Source: the human T2T-CHM13v2.0 reference genome, Homo sapiens
Length of the DNA stretch: 64,000 nt
NCBI RefSeq assembly: GCF_009914755.1
Contig: NC_060944.1
Strand: one strand, 5' to 3'
A program made the position numbers and the translations under genes. This document shows, one piece after another, positions 1 through 11,700 of this stretch. The notes beneath the pieces were generated by a model. The model did no database searches. It worked only from the letters and a program-made list of their open reading frames with translations, and had not been told where the DNA came from. Each line of letters starts with the position of its first letter. Position 1 is the first letter of the stretch.

Positions 1-181
1 GCTTTCAGGCCTAAGGTGAAAAAGGAAATATCTTCCCATAACAACTAGACAGAAGCATTCTCAGAAACTTGTTTGTGATGTGTGCCCTCTACTGACAGAG
101 TTGAACCTTTCTTTGCAAAGAGCAGTTTTGAAACACTCTTTTTGTAGAATCTGCAAGAGGATATTTGGATAGCTTTGAGGA

Positions 182-198
182 TTTCTTGGGAAACGGGA
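182..198 (+). other. Degenerate CENP-B box in m1 (TTTCTTGGGAAACGGGA), fixed in all copies
   Basis: The TTCG core is replaced by TTCT, so it fails the nTTCGnnnnAnnCGGGn core. Confidence 0.88.
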
Positions 199-523
199 AT
201 GTCTTCAGATAAACTCTAGACAGAAGCATTCTCAGAAACTTCTTTGGGATGTTTCAATTGAAGTCACAGTGTTGAACATTCCCTTTCACAGAGCAGGTTT
301 GAAACACTCTTTTTGTAGTGTCTATAAGTGAACATTTGGCGTGCTTTCAGGCCTAACGTGAAAAAGGAAATATCTTCCCATAAAAACTAGACAGAAGCAT
401 TCTCAGAAACTTGTTCGTGATGTGTGCCCTCTACTGACAGAGTTGAACCTTTCTTTGCAAAGAGCAGCTTTGAAACACTCTTTTTGTAGAATCTGCAAGG
501 GGATATTTGGATAGCTTTGAGGA

Positions 524-540
524 TTTCGTTGGAAACGGGT
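524..540 (+). promoter_or_regulatory. CENP-B box, m3 (recurs in each HOR)
   Basis: TTTCGTTGGAAACGGGT; all 9 core nucleotides intact. Confidence 0.9.
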
Positions 541-864
541 ATGTCTTCAGATAAACTCTAGACATAAGCATTCTCAGAAACTTCTTTGGGATGTTGCATT
601 CAAGTCACAGAGTAGAACATTCCCATTCATAGAGCAGATTTGAAACACTCTTTTTGTAGTATCTGGAAGTGGACATTTGGAGCGCTTTCAGGCCTATGTT
701 GAAAAAGGAAATATCTTCCCATAAAAACTAGACGGAAGCATTCTCAGAAACTTACTTGTGATGTGTTTGCTCAACTAACAGAATTGAACCATCGTTTTGA
801 AGGAGCAGTTTTGAAACACTGTTTTCGTGGAATCTGCAAGTGGATATTTGGCTAGCTTTGAGGA

Positions 865-881
865 TTTCGTTGGAAACGGGA
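865..881 (+). promoter_or_regulatory. CENP-B box, m5
   Basis: TTTCGTTGGAAACGGGA, canonical. Confidence 0.95.
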
Positions 882-1202
882 TTACATATAAAAAGGAGAC
901 AGCAGCATTCTCAGAAACTTCTTTGTGATGTCTGCATTCAATTCACAGAGTTGAGCATTCCCTTTCATAGAGCAGGTTGGAAACACTCTTTTTGTAGTAT
1001 CTGGATGAGGACATTTGGAGCGCTTTCAGGCCTATGGTGAAAAAGGAAATATCTTCCCGTAAAAACTAGACAGAAGCATTCTCAGAAATTTATTTGTGAT
1101 GTGTGCCCTCAACTAACAGAGTTGAACCTTTCTTTTGATAGAGCAGTTTTGAAACACTCTTTTTGTAAAATCTGCAAGAGGATATTTGGATAGCTTTGAG
1201 GA

Positions 1203-1219
1203 TTTCGTTGCAAACGGGA
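1203..1219 (+). promoter_or_regulatory. CENP-B box, m7 (variant)
   Basis: TTTCGTTGCAAACGGGA; G>C at a non-core position. Confidence 0.85.
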
Positions 1220-1544
1220 ATGGCTTCATATAAACTCTAGACAGAAGCATTCTCAGAAACTTCGTTGGGATGTTTCGATTGAAGTCCCAGTGTTGAACAT
1301 TCCCTTTTATAGAGCAGGTTGGAAACACTCTTTCTGCATTCCCTGGAAGTGGACATTTGGAGCGCTTTCAGGACGACGGTGAAAATGGAAATATCTTCCA
1401 AGAAAATCTTGATAGAAGCAACGTCAGAAACTTTTCTGTGATGGATCTACTCAGCTAACAGAGTTGAACCTTTCTTTTGAGAGAGCAGTTTTGCAACACT
1501 CTTTTTGTGGAATATGCAAGTGGATATTAGGGCAGCTTTGAGGA

Positions 1545-1561
1545 TTTCGTTGGAAACGGGA
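1545..1561 (+). promoter_or_regulatory. CENP-B box, m9
   Basis: TTTCGTTGGAAACGGGA, canonical. Confidence 0.95.
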
Positions 1562-1882
1562 ATACATGTAAAAAGCAGACAGCAGCATTCTCAGAAACTT
1601 CTTTGTGATGTTTGCATTGAAGTCACAGAGTTGAACATTCCCTTTGAGAGAGCAGGTTTGAAACACGCCTTTTGTCATATCTGGAAGTGTCCATTCGGAG
1701 CGCATTCAGGCTTGTGTTGAAAAAGGAAATATCCTCCCATAAAAACTAGACAGAAGCATTCTCAGAAACTGATCTGTGATATATGTACTCAACTAACAGA
1801 ACTAAACCATCGTTTTGAAGGAGCAGTTTTGAAACACTCTTTTTGCGGAATCTGCAAGTGGATATTTGGCTAGCTGGGAGGA

Positions 1883-1899
1883 TTTCGTTGGAAACGGGA
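1883..1899 (+). promoter_or_regulatory. CENP-B box, m11
   Basis: TTTCGTTGGAAACGGGA, canonical. Confidence 0.95.
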
Positions 1900-2220
1900 T
1901 TACATACAAAAAGCAGAGAGCAGCATTCTCAGAAACTTCTTTGTGATGTTTGCATTCAAGTCACAGAGTTGAACATTCCCTTTCATAGAGCAGGTTTGAA
2001 ACACTCTTTTTGTAGTATCTGGACGTGGACATTTGGATCGCTTTCAGGCCTATGGTGAAAAAGGAAATATCTTCCCATGAAAACTAGACAGAAGCATTCT
2101 CAGAAACTTATTTGTGATGTGTGCCCTCAACTGACAGTGTTGAACCTTTGTTTTGATAGAGCAGTTCTGAAACACACTTTTTGTAAAATCTGCAAGAGGA
2201 TATTTGGATAGCTTTGAGGA

Positions 2221-2237
2221 TTTCGTTGGAAACGGGA
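2221..2237 (+). promoter_or_regulatory. CENP-B box, m13
   Basis: TTTCGTTGGAAACGGGA, canonical. Confidence 0.95.
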
Positions 2238-2562
2238 ATGTCTTCATGTAAACTCTAGACAGAAGCATTCTCAGAAACTGCTTTGGGATGTTTCAATGGA
2301 AGTCCCAGTGTTGAACATTCCCATTCATAGAGCAGGTTTGAAACACTCTTTTTGTACTATCTGGAAGTGGACATTTGGAGCGCTTTCAGGTCTACGGTGA
2401 AAAAGGAGATATCTTCCAATAAAAACTAGATAGAAGCAATGTCAGAACTTTTTTCATGATGTATCTACTCAGCAAACAGAGTTGAACCTTTCTTTTGAGA
2501 GAGCAGTTTTGAAACACTCTTTTTGTGGAATATGCAAGTGGGTATTAGGCCAGCTTGGAGGA

Positions 2563-2579
2563 TTTCGTTGGAAACGGGA
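2563..2579 (+). promoter_or_regulatory. CENP-B box, m15
   Basis: TTTCGTTGGAAACGGGA, canonical. Confidence 0.95.
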
Positions 2580-2774
2580 ATACGTATAAAAAGCAGACAG
2601 CAGCATTGTCAGAAACTACTTTGTGATGTTTGCATTCAAGTCACAGAATTGAACACTCCCTTTCACAGAGCAGGTTTGAAACACTCTTTTTGTAGTGTCT
2701 GTAAGTGAACATTTGGATTGCTTTCAGGCCTAAGGTGAAAAAGGAAATATCTTCCCATAAAAACTAGACAGAAG

Positions 2775-5700
2775 CATTCTCAGAAACTTGTTTGTGATGT
2801 GTGCCCTCTACTGACAGAGTTGAACCTTTCTTTCCAAAGAGCAGTTTTGAAACACTCTTTTTGTAGAATCTGCAAGAGGATATTTGGATAGCTTTGAGGA
2901 TTTCTTGGGAAACGGGAATGTCTTCAGATAAACTCTAGACAGAAGCATTCTCAGAAACTTCTTTGGGATGTTTCAATTGAAGTCACAGTGTTGAACATTC
3001 CCTTTCACAGAGCAGGTTTGAAACACTCTTTTTGTAGTGTCTATAAGTGAACATTTGGCGTGCTTTCAGGCCTAACGTGAAAAAGGAAATATCTTCCCAT
3101 AAAAACTAGACAGAAGCATTCTCAGAAACTTCTTCGTGATGTGTGCCCTCTACTGACAGAGTTGAACCTTTCTTTGCAAAGAGCAGCTTTGAAACACTCT
3201 TTTTGTAGAATCTGCAAGAGGATATTTGGATAGCTTGGAGGATTTCGTTGGAAACGGGTATGTCTTCAGATAAACTCTAGACAGAAGCATTCTCAGAAAC
3301 TTCTTTGGGATGTTGCATTCAAGTCACAGAGTAGAACATTCCCATTCATAGAGCAGATTTGAAACACTCTTTTTGTAGTATCTGGAAGTGGACATTTGGA
3401 GCGCTTTCAGGCCTATGTTGAAAAAGGAAATATCTTCCCATAAAAACTAGACGGAAGCATTCTCAGAAACTTACTTGTGATGTGTTTGCTCAACTAACAG
3501 AATTGAACCATCGTTTTGAAGGAGCAGTTTTGAAACACTGTTTTCGTGGAATCTGCAAGTGGATATTTGGCTAGCTTTGAGGATTTCGTTGGAAACGGGA
3601 TTACATATAAAAAGGAGACAGCAGCATTCTCAGAAACTTCTTTGTGATGTCTGCATTCAATTCACAGAGTTGAGCATTCCCTTTCATAGAGCAGGTTGGA
3701 AACACTCTTTTTGTAGTATCTGGATGAGGACATTTGGAGCGCTTTCAGGCCTATGGTGAAAAAGGAAATATCTTCCCGTAAAAACTAGACAGAAGCATTC
3801 TCAGAAATTTATTTGTGATGTGTGCCCTCAACTAACAGAGTTGAACCTTTCTTTTGATAGAGCAGTTTTGAAACACTCTTTTTGTAAAATCTGCAAGAGG
3901 ATATTTGGATAGCTTTGAGGATTTCGTTGCAAACGGGAATGGCTTCATATAAACTCTAGACAGAAGCATTCTCAGAAACTTCGTTGGGATGTTTCGATTG
4001 AAGTCCCAGTGTTGAACATTCCCTTTTATAGAGCAGGTTGGAAACACTCTTTCTGCATTCCCTGGAAGTGGACATTTGGAGCGCTTTCAGGACGACGGTG
4101 AAAATGGAAATATCTTCCAATAAAATCTAGATAGAAGCAACGTCAGAAACTTTTATGTGATGGATCTACTCAGCTAACAGAGTTGAACCTTTCTTTTGAG
4201 AGAGCAGTTTTGCAACACTCTTTTTGTGGAATATGCAAGTGGATATTAGGGCAGCTTTGAGGATTTCGTTGGAAACGGGAATACATGTAAAAAGCAGACA
4301 GCAGCATTCTCAGAAACTTCTTTGTGATGTTTGCATTGAAGTCACAGAGTTGAACATTCCCTTTGAGAGAGCAGGTTTGAAACACGCCTTTTGTCATATC
4401 TGGAAGTGTCCATTCGGAGCGCATTCAGGCTTGTGTTGAAAAAGGAAATATCCTCCCATAAAAACTAGACAGAAGCATTCTCAGAAACTGATCTGTGATA
4501 TATGTACTCAACTAACAGAACTAAACCATCGTTTTGAAGGAGCAGTTTTGAAACACTCTTTTTGCGGAATCTGCAAGTGGATATTTGGCTAGCTGGGAGG
4601 ATTTCGTTGGAAACGGGATTACATACAAAAAGCAGAGAGCAGCATTCTCAGAAACTTCTTTGTGATGTTTGCATTCAAGTCACAGAGTTGAACATTCCCT
4701 TTCATAGAGCAGGTTTGAAACACTCTTTTTGTAGTATCTGGACGTGGACATTTGGATCGCTTTCAGGCCTATGGTGAAAAAGGAAATATCTTCCCATGAA
4801 AACTAGACAGAAGCATTCTCAGAAACTTATTTGTGATGTGTGCCCTCAACTGACAGTGTTGAACCTTTGTTTTGATAGAGCAGTTCTGAAACACACTTTT
4901 TGTAAAATCTGCAAGAGGATATTTGGATAGCTTTGAGGATTTCCTTGGAAACGGGAATGTCTTCATGTAAACTCTAGACAGAAGCATTCTCAGAAACTGC
5001 TTTGGGATGTTTCAATTGAAGTCCCAGTGTTGAACATTCCCATTCATAGAGCAGGTTTGAAACACTCTTTTTGTACTATCTGGAAGTGGACATTTGGAGC
5101 GCTTTCAGGTCTACGGTGAAAAAGGAGATATCTTCCAATAAAAACTAGATAGAAGCAATGTCAGAACTTTTTTCATGATGTATCTACTCAGCAAACAGTG
5201 TTGAACCTTTCTTTTGAGAGAGCAGTTTTGAAACACTCTTTTTGTGGAATATGCAAGTGGGTATTAGGCCAGCTTGGAGGATTTCGTTGGAAACGGGAAT
5301 ACGTATAAAAAGCAGACAGCAGCATTGTCAGAAACTACTTTGTGATGTTTGCATTCAAGTCACAGAATTGAACACTCCCTTTCACAGAGCAGGTTTGAAA
5401 CACTCTTTTTGTAGTGTCTGTAAGTGAACATTTGGATTGCTTTCAGGCCTAAGGTGAAAAAGGAAATATCTTCCCATAAAAACTAGACAGAAGCATTCTC
5501 AGAAACTTGTTTGTGATGTGTGCCCTCTACTGACAGAGTTGAACCTTTCTTTGCAAAGAGCAGTTTTGAAACACTCTTTTTGTAGAATCTGCAAGAGGAT
5601 ATTTGGATAGCTTTGAGGATTTCTTGGGAAACGGGAATGTCTTCAGATAAACTCTAGACAGAAGCATTCTCAGAAACTTCTTTGGGATGTTTCAATTGAA

Positions 5701-8700
5701 GTCACAGTGTTGAACATTCCCTTTCACAGAGCAGGTTTGAAACACTCTTTTTGTAGTGTCTATAAGTGAACATTTGGCGTGCTTTCAGGCCTAACGTGAA
5801 AAAGGAAATATCTTCCCATAAAAACTAGACAGAAGCATTCTCAGAAACTTGTTCGTGATGTGTGCCCTCTACTGACAGAGTTGAACCTTTCTTTGCAAAG
5901 AGCAGCTTTGAAACACTCTTTTTGTAGAATCTGCAAGAGGATATTTGGATAGCTTTGAGGATTTCGTTGGAAACGGGTATGTCTTCAGATAAACTCTAGA
6001 CAGAAGCATTCTCAGAAACTTCTTTGGGATGTTGCATTCAAGTCACAGAGTAGAACATTCCCATTCATAGAGCAGATTTGAAACACTCTTTTTGTAGTAT
6101 CTGGAAGTGGACATTTGGAGCGCTTTCAGGCCTATGTTGAAAAAGGAAATATCTTCCCATAAAAACTAGACGGAAGCATTCTCAGAAACTTACTTGTGAT
6201 GTGTTTGCTCAACTAACAGAATTGAACCATCGTTTTGAAGGAGCAGTTTTGAAACACTGTTTTCGTGGAATCTGCAAGTGGATATTTGGCTAGCTTTGAG
6301 GATTTCGTTGGAAACGGGATTACATATAAAAAGGAGACAGCAGCATTCTCAGAAACTTCTTTGTGATGTCTGCATTCAATTCACAGAGTTGAGCATTCCC
6401 TTTCATAGAGCAGGTTGGAAACACTCTTTTTGTAGTATCTGGATGAGGACATTTGGAGCGCTTTCAGGCCTATGGTGAAAAAGGAAATATCTTCCCGTAA
6501 AAACTAGACAGAAGCATTCTCAGAAATTTATTTGTGATGTGTGCCCTCAACTAACAGAGTTGAACCTTTCTTTTGATAGAGCAGTTTTGAAACACTCTTT
6601 TTGTAAAATCTGCAAGAGGATATTTGGATAGCTTTGAGGATTTCGTTGCAAAAGGGAATGGCTTCATATAAACTCTAGACAGAAGCATTCTCAGAAACTT
6701 CGTTGGGATGTTTCGATTGAAGTCCCAGTGTTGAACATTCCCTTTTATAGAGCAGGTTAGAAACACTCTTTCTGCATTCCCTGGAAGTGGACATTTGGAG
6801 CGCTTTCAGGACGACGGTGAAAATGGAAATATCTTCCAATAAAATCTAGATAGAAGCAACGTCAGAAACTTTTATGTGATGGATCTACTCAGCTAACAGA
6901 GTTGAACCTTTCTTTTGAGAGAGCAGTTTTGCAACACTCTTTTTGTGGAATATGCAAGTGGATATTAGGGCAGCTTTGAGGATTTCGTTGGAAACGGGAA
7001 TACATGTAAAAAGCAGACAGCAGCATTCTCAGAAACTTCTTTGTGATGTTTGCATTGAAGTCACAGAGTTGAACATTCCCTTTGAGAGAGCAGGTTTGAA
7101 ACACGCCTTTTGTCATATCTGGAAGTGTCCATTCGGAGCGCATTCAGGCTTGTGTTGAAAAAGGAAATATCCTCCCATAAAAACTAGACAGAAGCATTCT
7201 CAGAAACTGATCTGTGATATATGTACTCAACTAACAGAACTAAACCATCGTTTTGAAGGAGCAGTTTTGAAACACTCTTTTTGCGGAATCTGCAAGTGGA
7301 TATTTGGCTAGCTGGGAGGATTTCGTTGGAAACGGGATTACATACAAAAAGCAGAGAGCAGCATTCTCAGAAACTTCTTTGTGATGTTTGCATTCAAGTC
7401 ACAGAGTTGAACATTCCCTTTCATAGAGCAGGTTTGAAACACTCTTTTTGTAGTATCTGGACGTGGACATTTGGATCGCTTTCAGGCCTATGGTGAAAAA
7501 GGAAATATCTTCCCATGAAAACTAGACAGAAGCATTCTCAGAAACTTATTTGTGATGTGTGCCCTCAACTGACAGTGTTGAACCTTTGTTTTGATAGAGC
7601 AGTTCTGAAACACACTTTTTGTAAAATCTGCAAGAGGATATTTGGATAGCTTTGAGGATTTCGTTGGAAACGGGAATGTCTTCATGTAAACTCTAGACAG
7701 AAGCATTCTCAGAAACTGCTTTGGGATGTTTCAATGGAAGTCCCAGTGTTGAACATTCCCATTCATAGAGCAGGTTTGAAACACCCTTTTTGTACTATCT
7801 GGAAGTGGACATTTGGAGCGCTTTCAGGTCTACGGTGAAAAAGGAGATATCTTACAATAAAAACTAGATAGAAGCAATGTCAGAACTTTTTTCATGATGT
7901 ATCTACTCAGCAAACAGAGTTGAACCTTTCTTTTGAGAGAGCAGTTTTGAAACACTCTTTTTGTGGAATATGCAAGTGGGTATTAGGCCAGCTTGGAGGA
8001 TTTCGTTGGAAACGGGAATACGTATAAAAAGCAGACAGCAGCATTGTCAGAAACTACTTTGTGATGTTTGCATTCAAGTCACAGAATTGAACACTCCCTT
8101 TCACAGAGCAGGTTTGAAACACTCTTTTTGTAGTGTCTGTAAGTGAACATTTGGATTGCTTTCAGGCCTAAGGTGAAAAAGGAAATATCTTCCCATAAAA
8201 ACTAGACAGAAGCATTCTCAGAAACTTGTTTGTGATGTGTGCCCTCTACTGACAGAGTTGAACCTTTCTTTGCAAAGAGCAGTTTTGAAACACTCTTTTT
8301 GTAGAATCTGCAAGAGGATATTTGGATAGCTTTGAGGATTTCTTGGGAAACGGGAATGTCTTCAGATAAACTCTAGACAGAAGCATTCTCAGAAACTTCT
8401 TTGGGATGTTTCAATAAAAGTCACAGTGTTGAACATTCTCTTTCACAGAGCAGGTTTGAAACACTCTTTTTGTAGTGTCTATAAGTGAACATTTGGCGTG
8501 CTTTCCGGCCTAACGTGAAAAAGGAAATATCTTCCCATAAAAACTAGACAGAAGCATTCTCAGAAACTTGTTCGTGATGTGTGCCCTCTACTGACAGAGT
8601 TGAACCTTTCCTTGCAAAGAGCAGCTTTGAAACACTCTTTTTGTAGAATCTGCAAGAGGATATTTGGATAGCTTTGAGGATTTCGTTGGAAACGGGTATG

Positions 8701-11700
8701 TCTCCAGATAAACTATAGACAGAAGCATTCTCAGAAACTTCTTTGGGATGTTGCATTCAAGTCACAGAGTAGAACATTCCCATTCATAGAGCAGATTTGA
8801 AACACTCTTTTTGTAGTATCTGGAAGTGGACATTTGGAGCGCTTTCAGGCCTATGTTGAAAAAGGAAATATCTTCCCATAAAAACTAGACGGAAGCATTC
8901 TCAGAAACTTACTTGTGATGTGTTTGCTCAACTAACAGAATTGAACCATCGTTTTGAAGGAGCAGTTTTGAAACACTGTTTTCGTGGAATCTGCAAGTGG
9001 ATATTTGGCTAGCTTTGAGGATTTCGTTGGAAACGGGATTACATATAAAAAGGAGACAGCAGCATTCTCAGAAACTTCTTTGTGATGTCTGCATTCAATT
9101 CACAGAGTTGAGCATTCCCTTTCATAGAGCAGGTTGGAAACACTCTTTTTGTAGTATCTGGAGGAGGACATTTGGAGCGCTTTCAGGCCTATGGTGAAAA
9201 AGGAAATATCTTCCCGTAAAAACTAGACAGAAGCATTCTCAGAAATTTATTTGTGATGTGTGCCCTCAACTAACAGAGTTGAACCTTTCTTTTGATAGAG
9301 CAGTTTTGAAACACTCTTTTTGTAAAATCTGCAAGAGGATATTTGGATAGCTTTGAGGATTTCATTGCAAACGGGAATGGCTTCATATAAACTCTAGACA
9401 GAAGCATTCTCAGAAACTTCGTTGGGATGTTTCGATTGAAGTCCCAGTGTTGAACATTCCCTTTTATAGAGCAGGTTGGAAACACTCTTTCTGCATTCCC
9501 TGGAAGTGGACATTTGGAGCGCTTTCAGGACGACGGTGAAAATGGAAATATCTTCCAATAAAATCTAGATAGAAGCAACGTCAGAAACTTTTATGTGATG
9601 GATCTACTCAGCTAACAGAGTTGAACCTTTCTTTTGAGAGAGCAGTTTTGCAACACTCTTTTTGTGGAATATGCAAGTGGATATTAGGGCAGCTTTGAGG
9701 ATTTCGTTGGAAAGGGGAATACATGTAAAAAGCAGACAGCAGCATTCTCAGAAACTTCTTTGTGATGTTTGCATTGAAGTCACAGAGTTGAACATTCCCT
9801 TTGAGAGAGCAGGTTTGAAACACGCCTTTTGTCATATCTGGAAGTGTCCATTCGGAGCGCATTCAGGCTGGTGTTGAAAAAGGAAATATCCTCCCATAAA
9901 AACTAGACAGAAGCATTCTCAGAAACTGATCTGTGATGTATGTACTCAACTAACAGAACTAAACCATCGTTTTGAAGGAGCAGTTTTGAAACACTCTTTT
10001 TGCGGAATCTGCAAGTGGATATTTGGCTAGCTGGGAGGATTTCGTTGGAAACGGGATTACATACAAAAAGCGGACAGCAGCATTCTCAGAAACTTCTTTG
10101 TGATGTTTGCATTCAAGTCACAGAGTTGAACATTCCCTTTCATAGAGCAGGTTTGAAACACTCTTTTTGTAGTATCTGGATGTGGACATTTGGATCGCTT
10201 TCAGGCCTATGGTGAAAAAGGAAATATCTTCCCATGAAAACTAGACAGAAGCATTCTCAGAAACTTATTTGTGATGTGTGCCCTCAACTGACAGTGTTGA
10301 ACCTTTGTTTTGATAGAGCAGTTCTGAAACACACTTTTTGTAAAATCTGCAAGAGGATATTTGGATAGCTTTGAGGATTTCGTTGGAAACGGGAATGTCT
10401 TCATGTAAACTCTAGACAGAAGCATTCTCAGAAACTGCTTTGGGATGTTTCAATTGAAGTCCCAGTGTTGAACATTCCCTTTCATAGAGCAGGTTTGAAA
10501 CACTCTTTTTGTACTATCTGGAAGTGGACATTTGGAGCGCTTTCAGGTCTACGGTGAAAAAGGAGATATCTTCCAATAAAAACTAGATAGAAGCAATGTC
10601 AGAACTTTTTTCATGATGTATCTACTCAGCAAACAGAGTTGAACCTTTCTTTTGAGAGAGCAGTTTTGAAACACTCTTTTTGTGGAATATGCAAGTGGGT
10701 ATTAGGCCAGCTTGGAGGATTTCGTTGGAAACGGGAATACGTATAAAAAGCAGACAGCAGCATTGTCAGAAACTACTTTGTGATGTTTGCATTCAAGTCA
10801 CAGAATTGAACACTCCCTTTCACAGAGCAGGTTTGAAACACTCTTTTTGTAGTGTCTGTAAGTGAACATTTGGATTGCTTTCAGGCCTAAGGTGAAAAAG
10901 GAAATATCTTCCCATAAAAACTAGACAGAAGCATTCTCAGAAACTTGTTTGTGATGTGTGCCCTCTACTGACAGAGTTGAACCTTTCTTTGCAAAGAGCA
11001 GTTTTGAAACACTCTTTTTGTAGAATCTGCAAGAGGATATTTGGATAGCTTTGAGGATTTCTTGGGAAACGGGAATGTCTTCAGATAAACTCTAGACAGA
11101 AGCATTCTCAGAAACTTCTTTGGGATGTTTCAATTGAAGTCACAGTGTTGAACATTCCCTTTCACAGAGCAGGTTTGAAACACTCTTTTTGTAGTGTCTA
11201 TAAGTGAACATTTGGCGTGCTTTCAGGCCTAACGTGAAGAAGGAAATATCTTCCCATATAAACTAGACAGAAGCATTCTCAGAAACTTGTTCGTGATGTG
11301 TGCCCTCTACTGACAGAGTTGAACCTTTCTTTGCAAAGAGCAGCTTTGAAACACTCTTTTTGTAGAATCTGCAAGAGGATATTTGGATAGCTTGGAGGAT
11401 TTCGTTGGAAACGGGTATGTCTTCAGATAAACTCTAGACAGAAGCATTCTCAGAAACTTCTTTGGGATGTTGCATTCAAGTCACAGAGTAGAACATTCCC
11501 ATTCATAGAGCAGATTTGAAACACTCTTTTTGTAGTATCTGGAAGTGGACATTTGGAGCGCTTTCAGGCCTATGTTGAAAAAGGAAATATCTTCCCATAA
11601 AAACTAGACGGAAGCATTCTCAGAAACTTACTTGTGATGTGTTTGCTCAACTAACAGAATTGAACCATCGTTTTGAAGGAGCAGTTTTGAAACACTGTTT

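Larger units (their letters stand above)
56..2774 (+). repeat. Reference HOR copy 1 (16 monomers)
   Basis: Monomer starts are 56, 227, 398, 569, 739, 906, 1077, 1248, 1419, 1586, 1757, 1924, 2095, 2266, 2437 and 2604; the next HOR starts at 2775. m5, m9, m11 and m15 are 167 bp, m4 is 170 bp, and the rest are 171 bp. Confidence 0.95.

Noticed and set aside
226-275. Short dyads (gaaac...gtttc, tttgcaaa) as hairpins or terminators
   Set aside because: The stems are only 4-5 bp and generic to AT-rich alpha satellite; they cannot be supported without folding calculations.
1260-1276. Extra CENP-B-like motif cttcgttggga at the start of m8
   Set aside because: Only the TTCG half is present; the core A and CGGG are missing.
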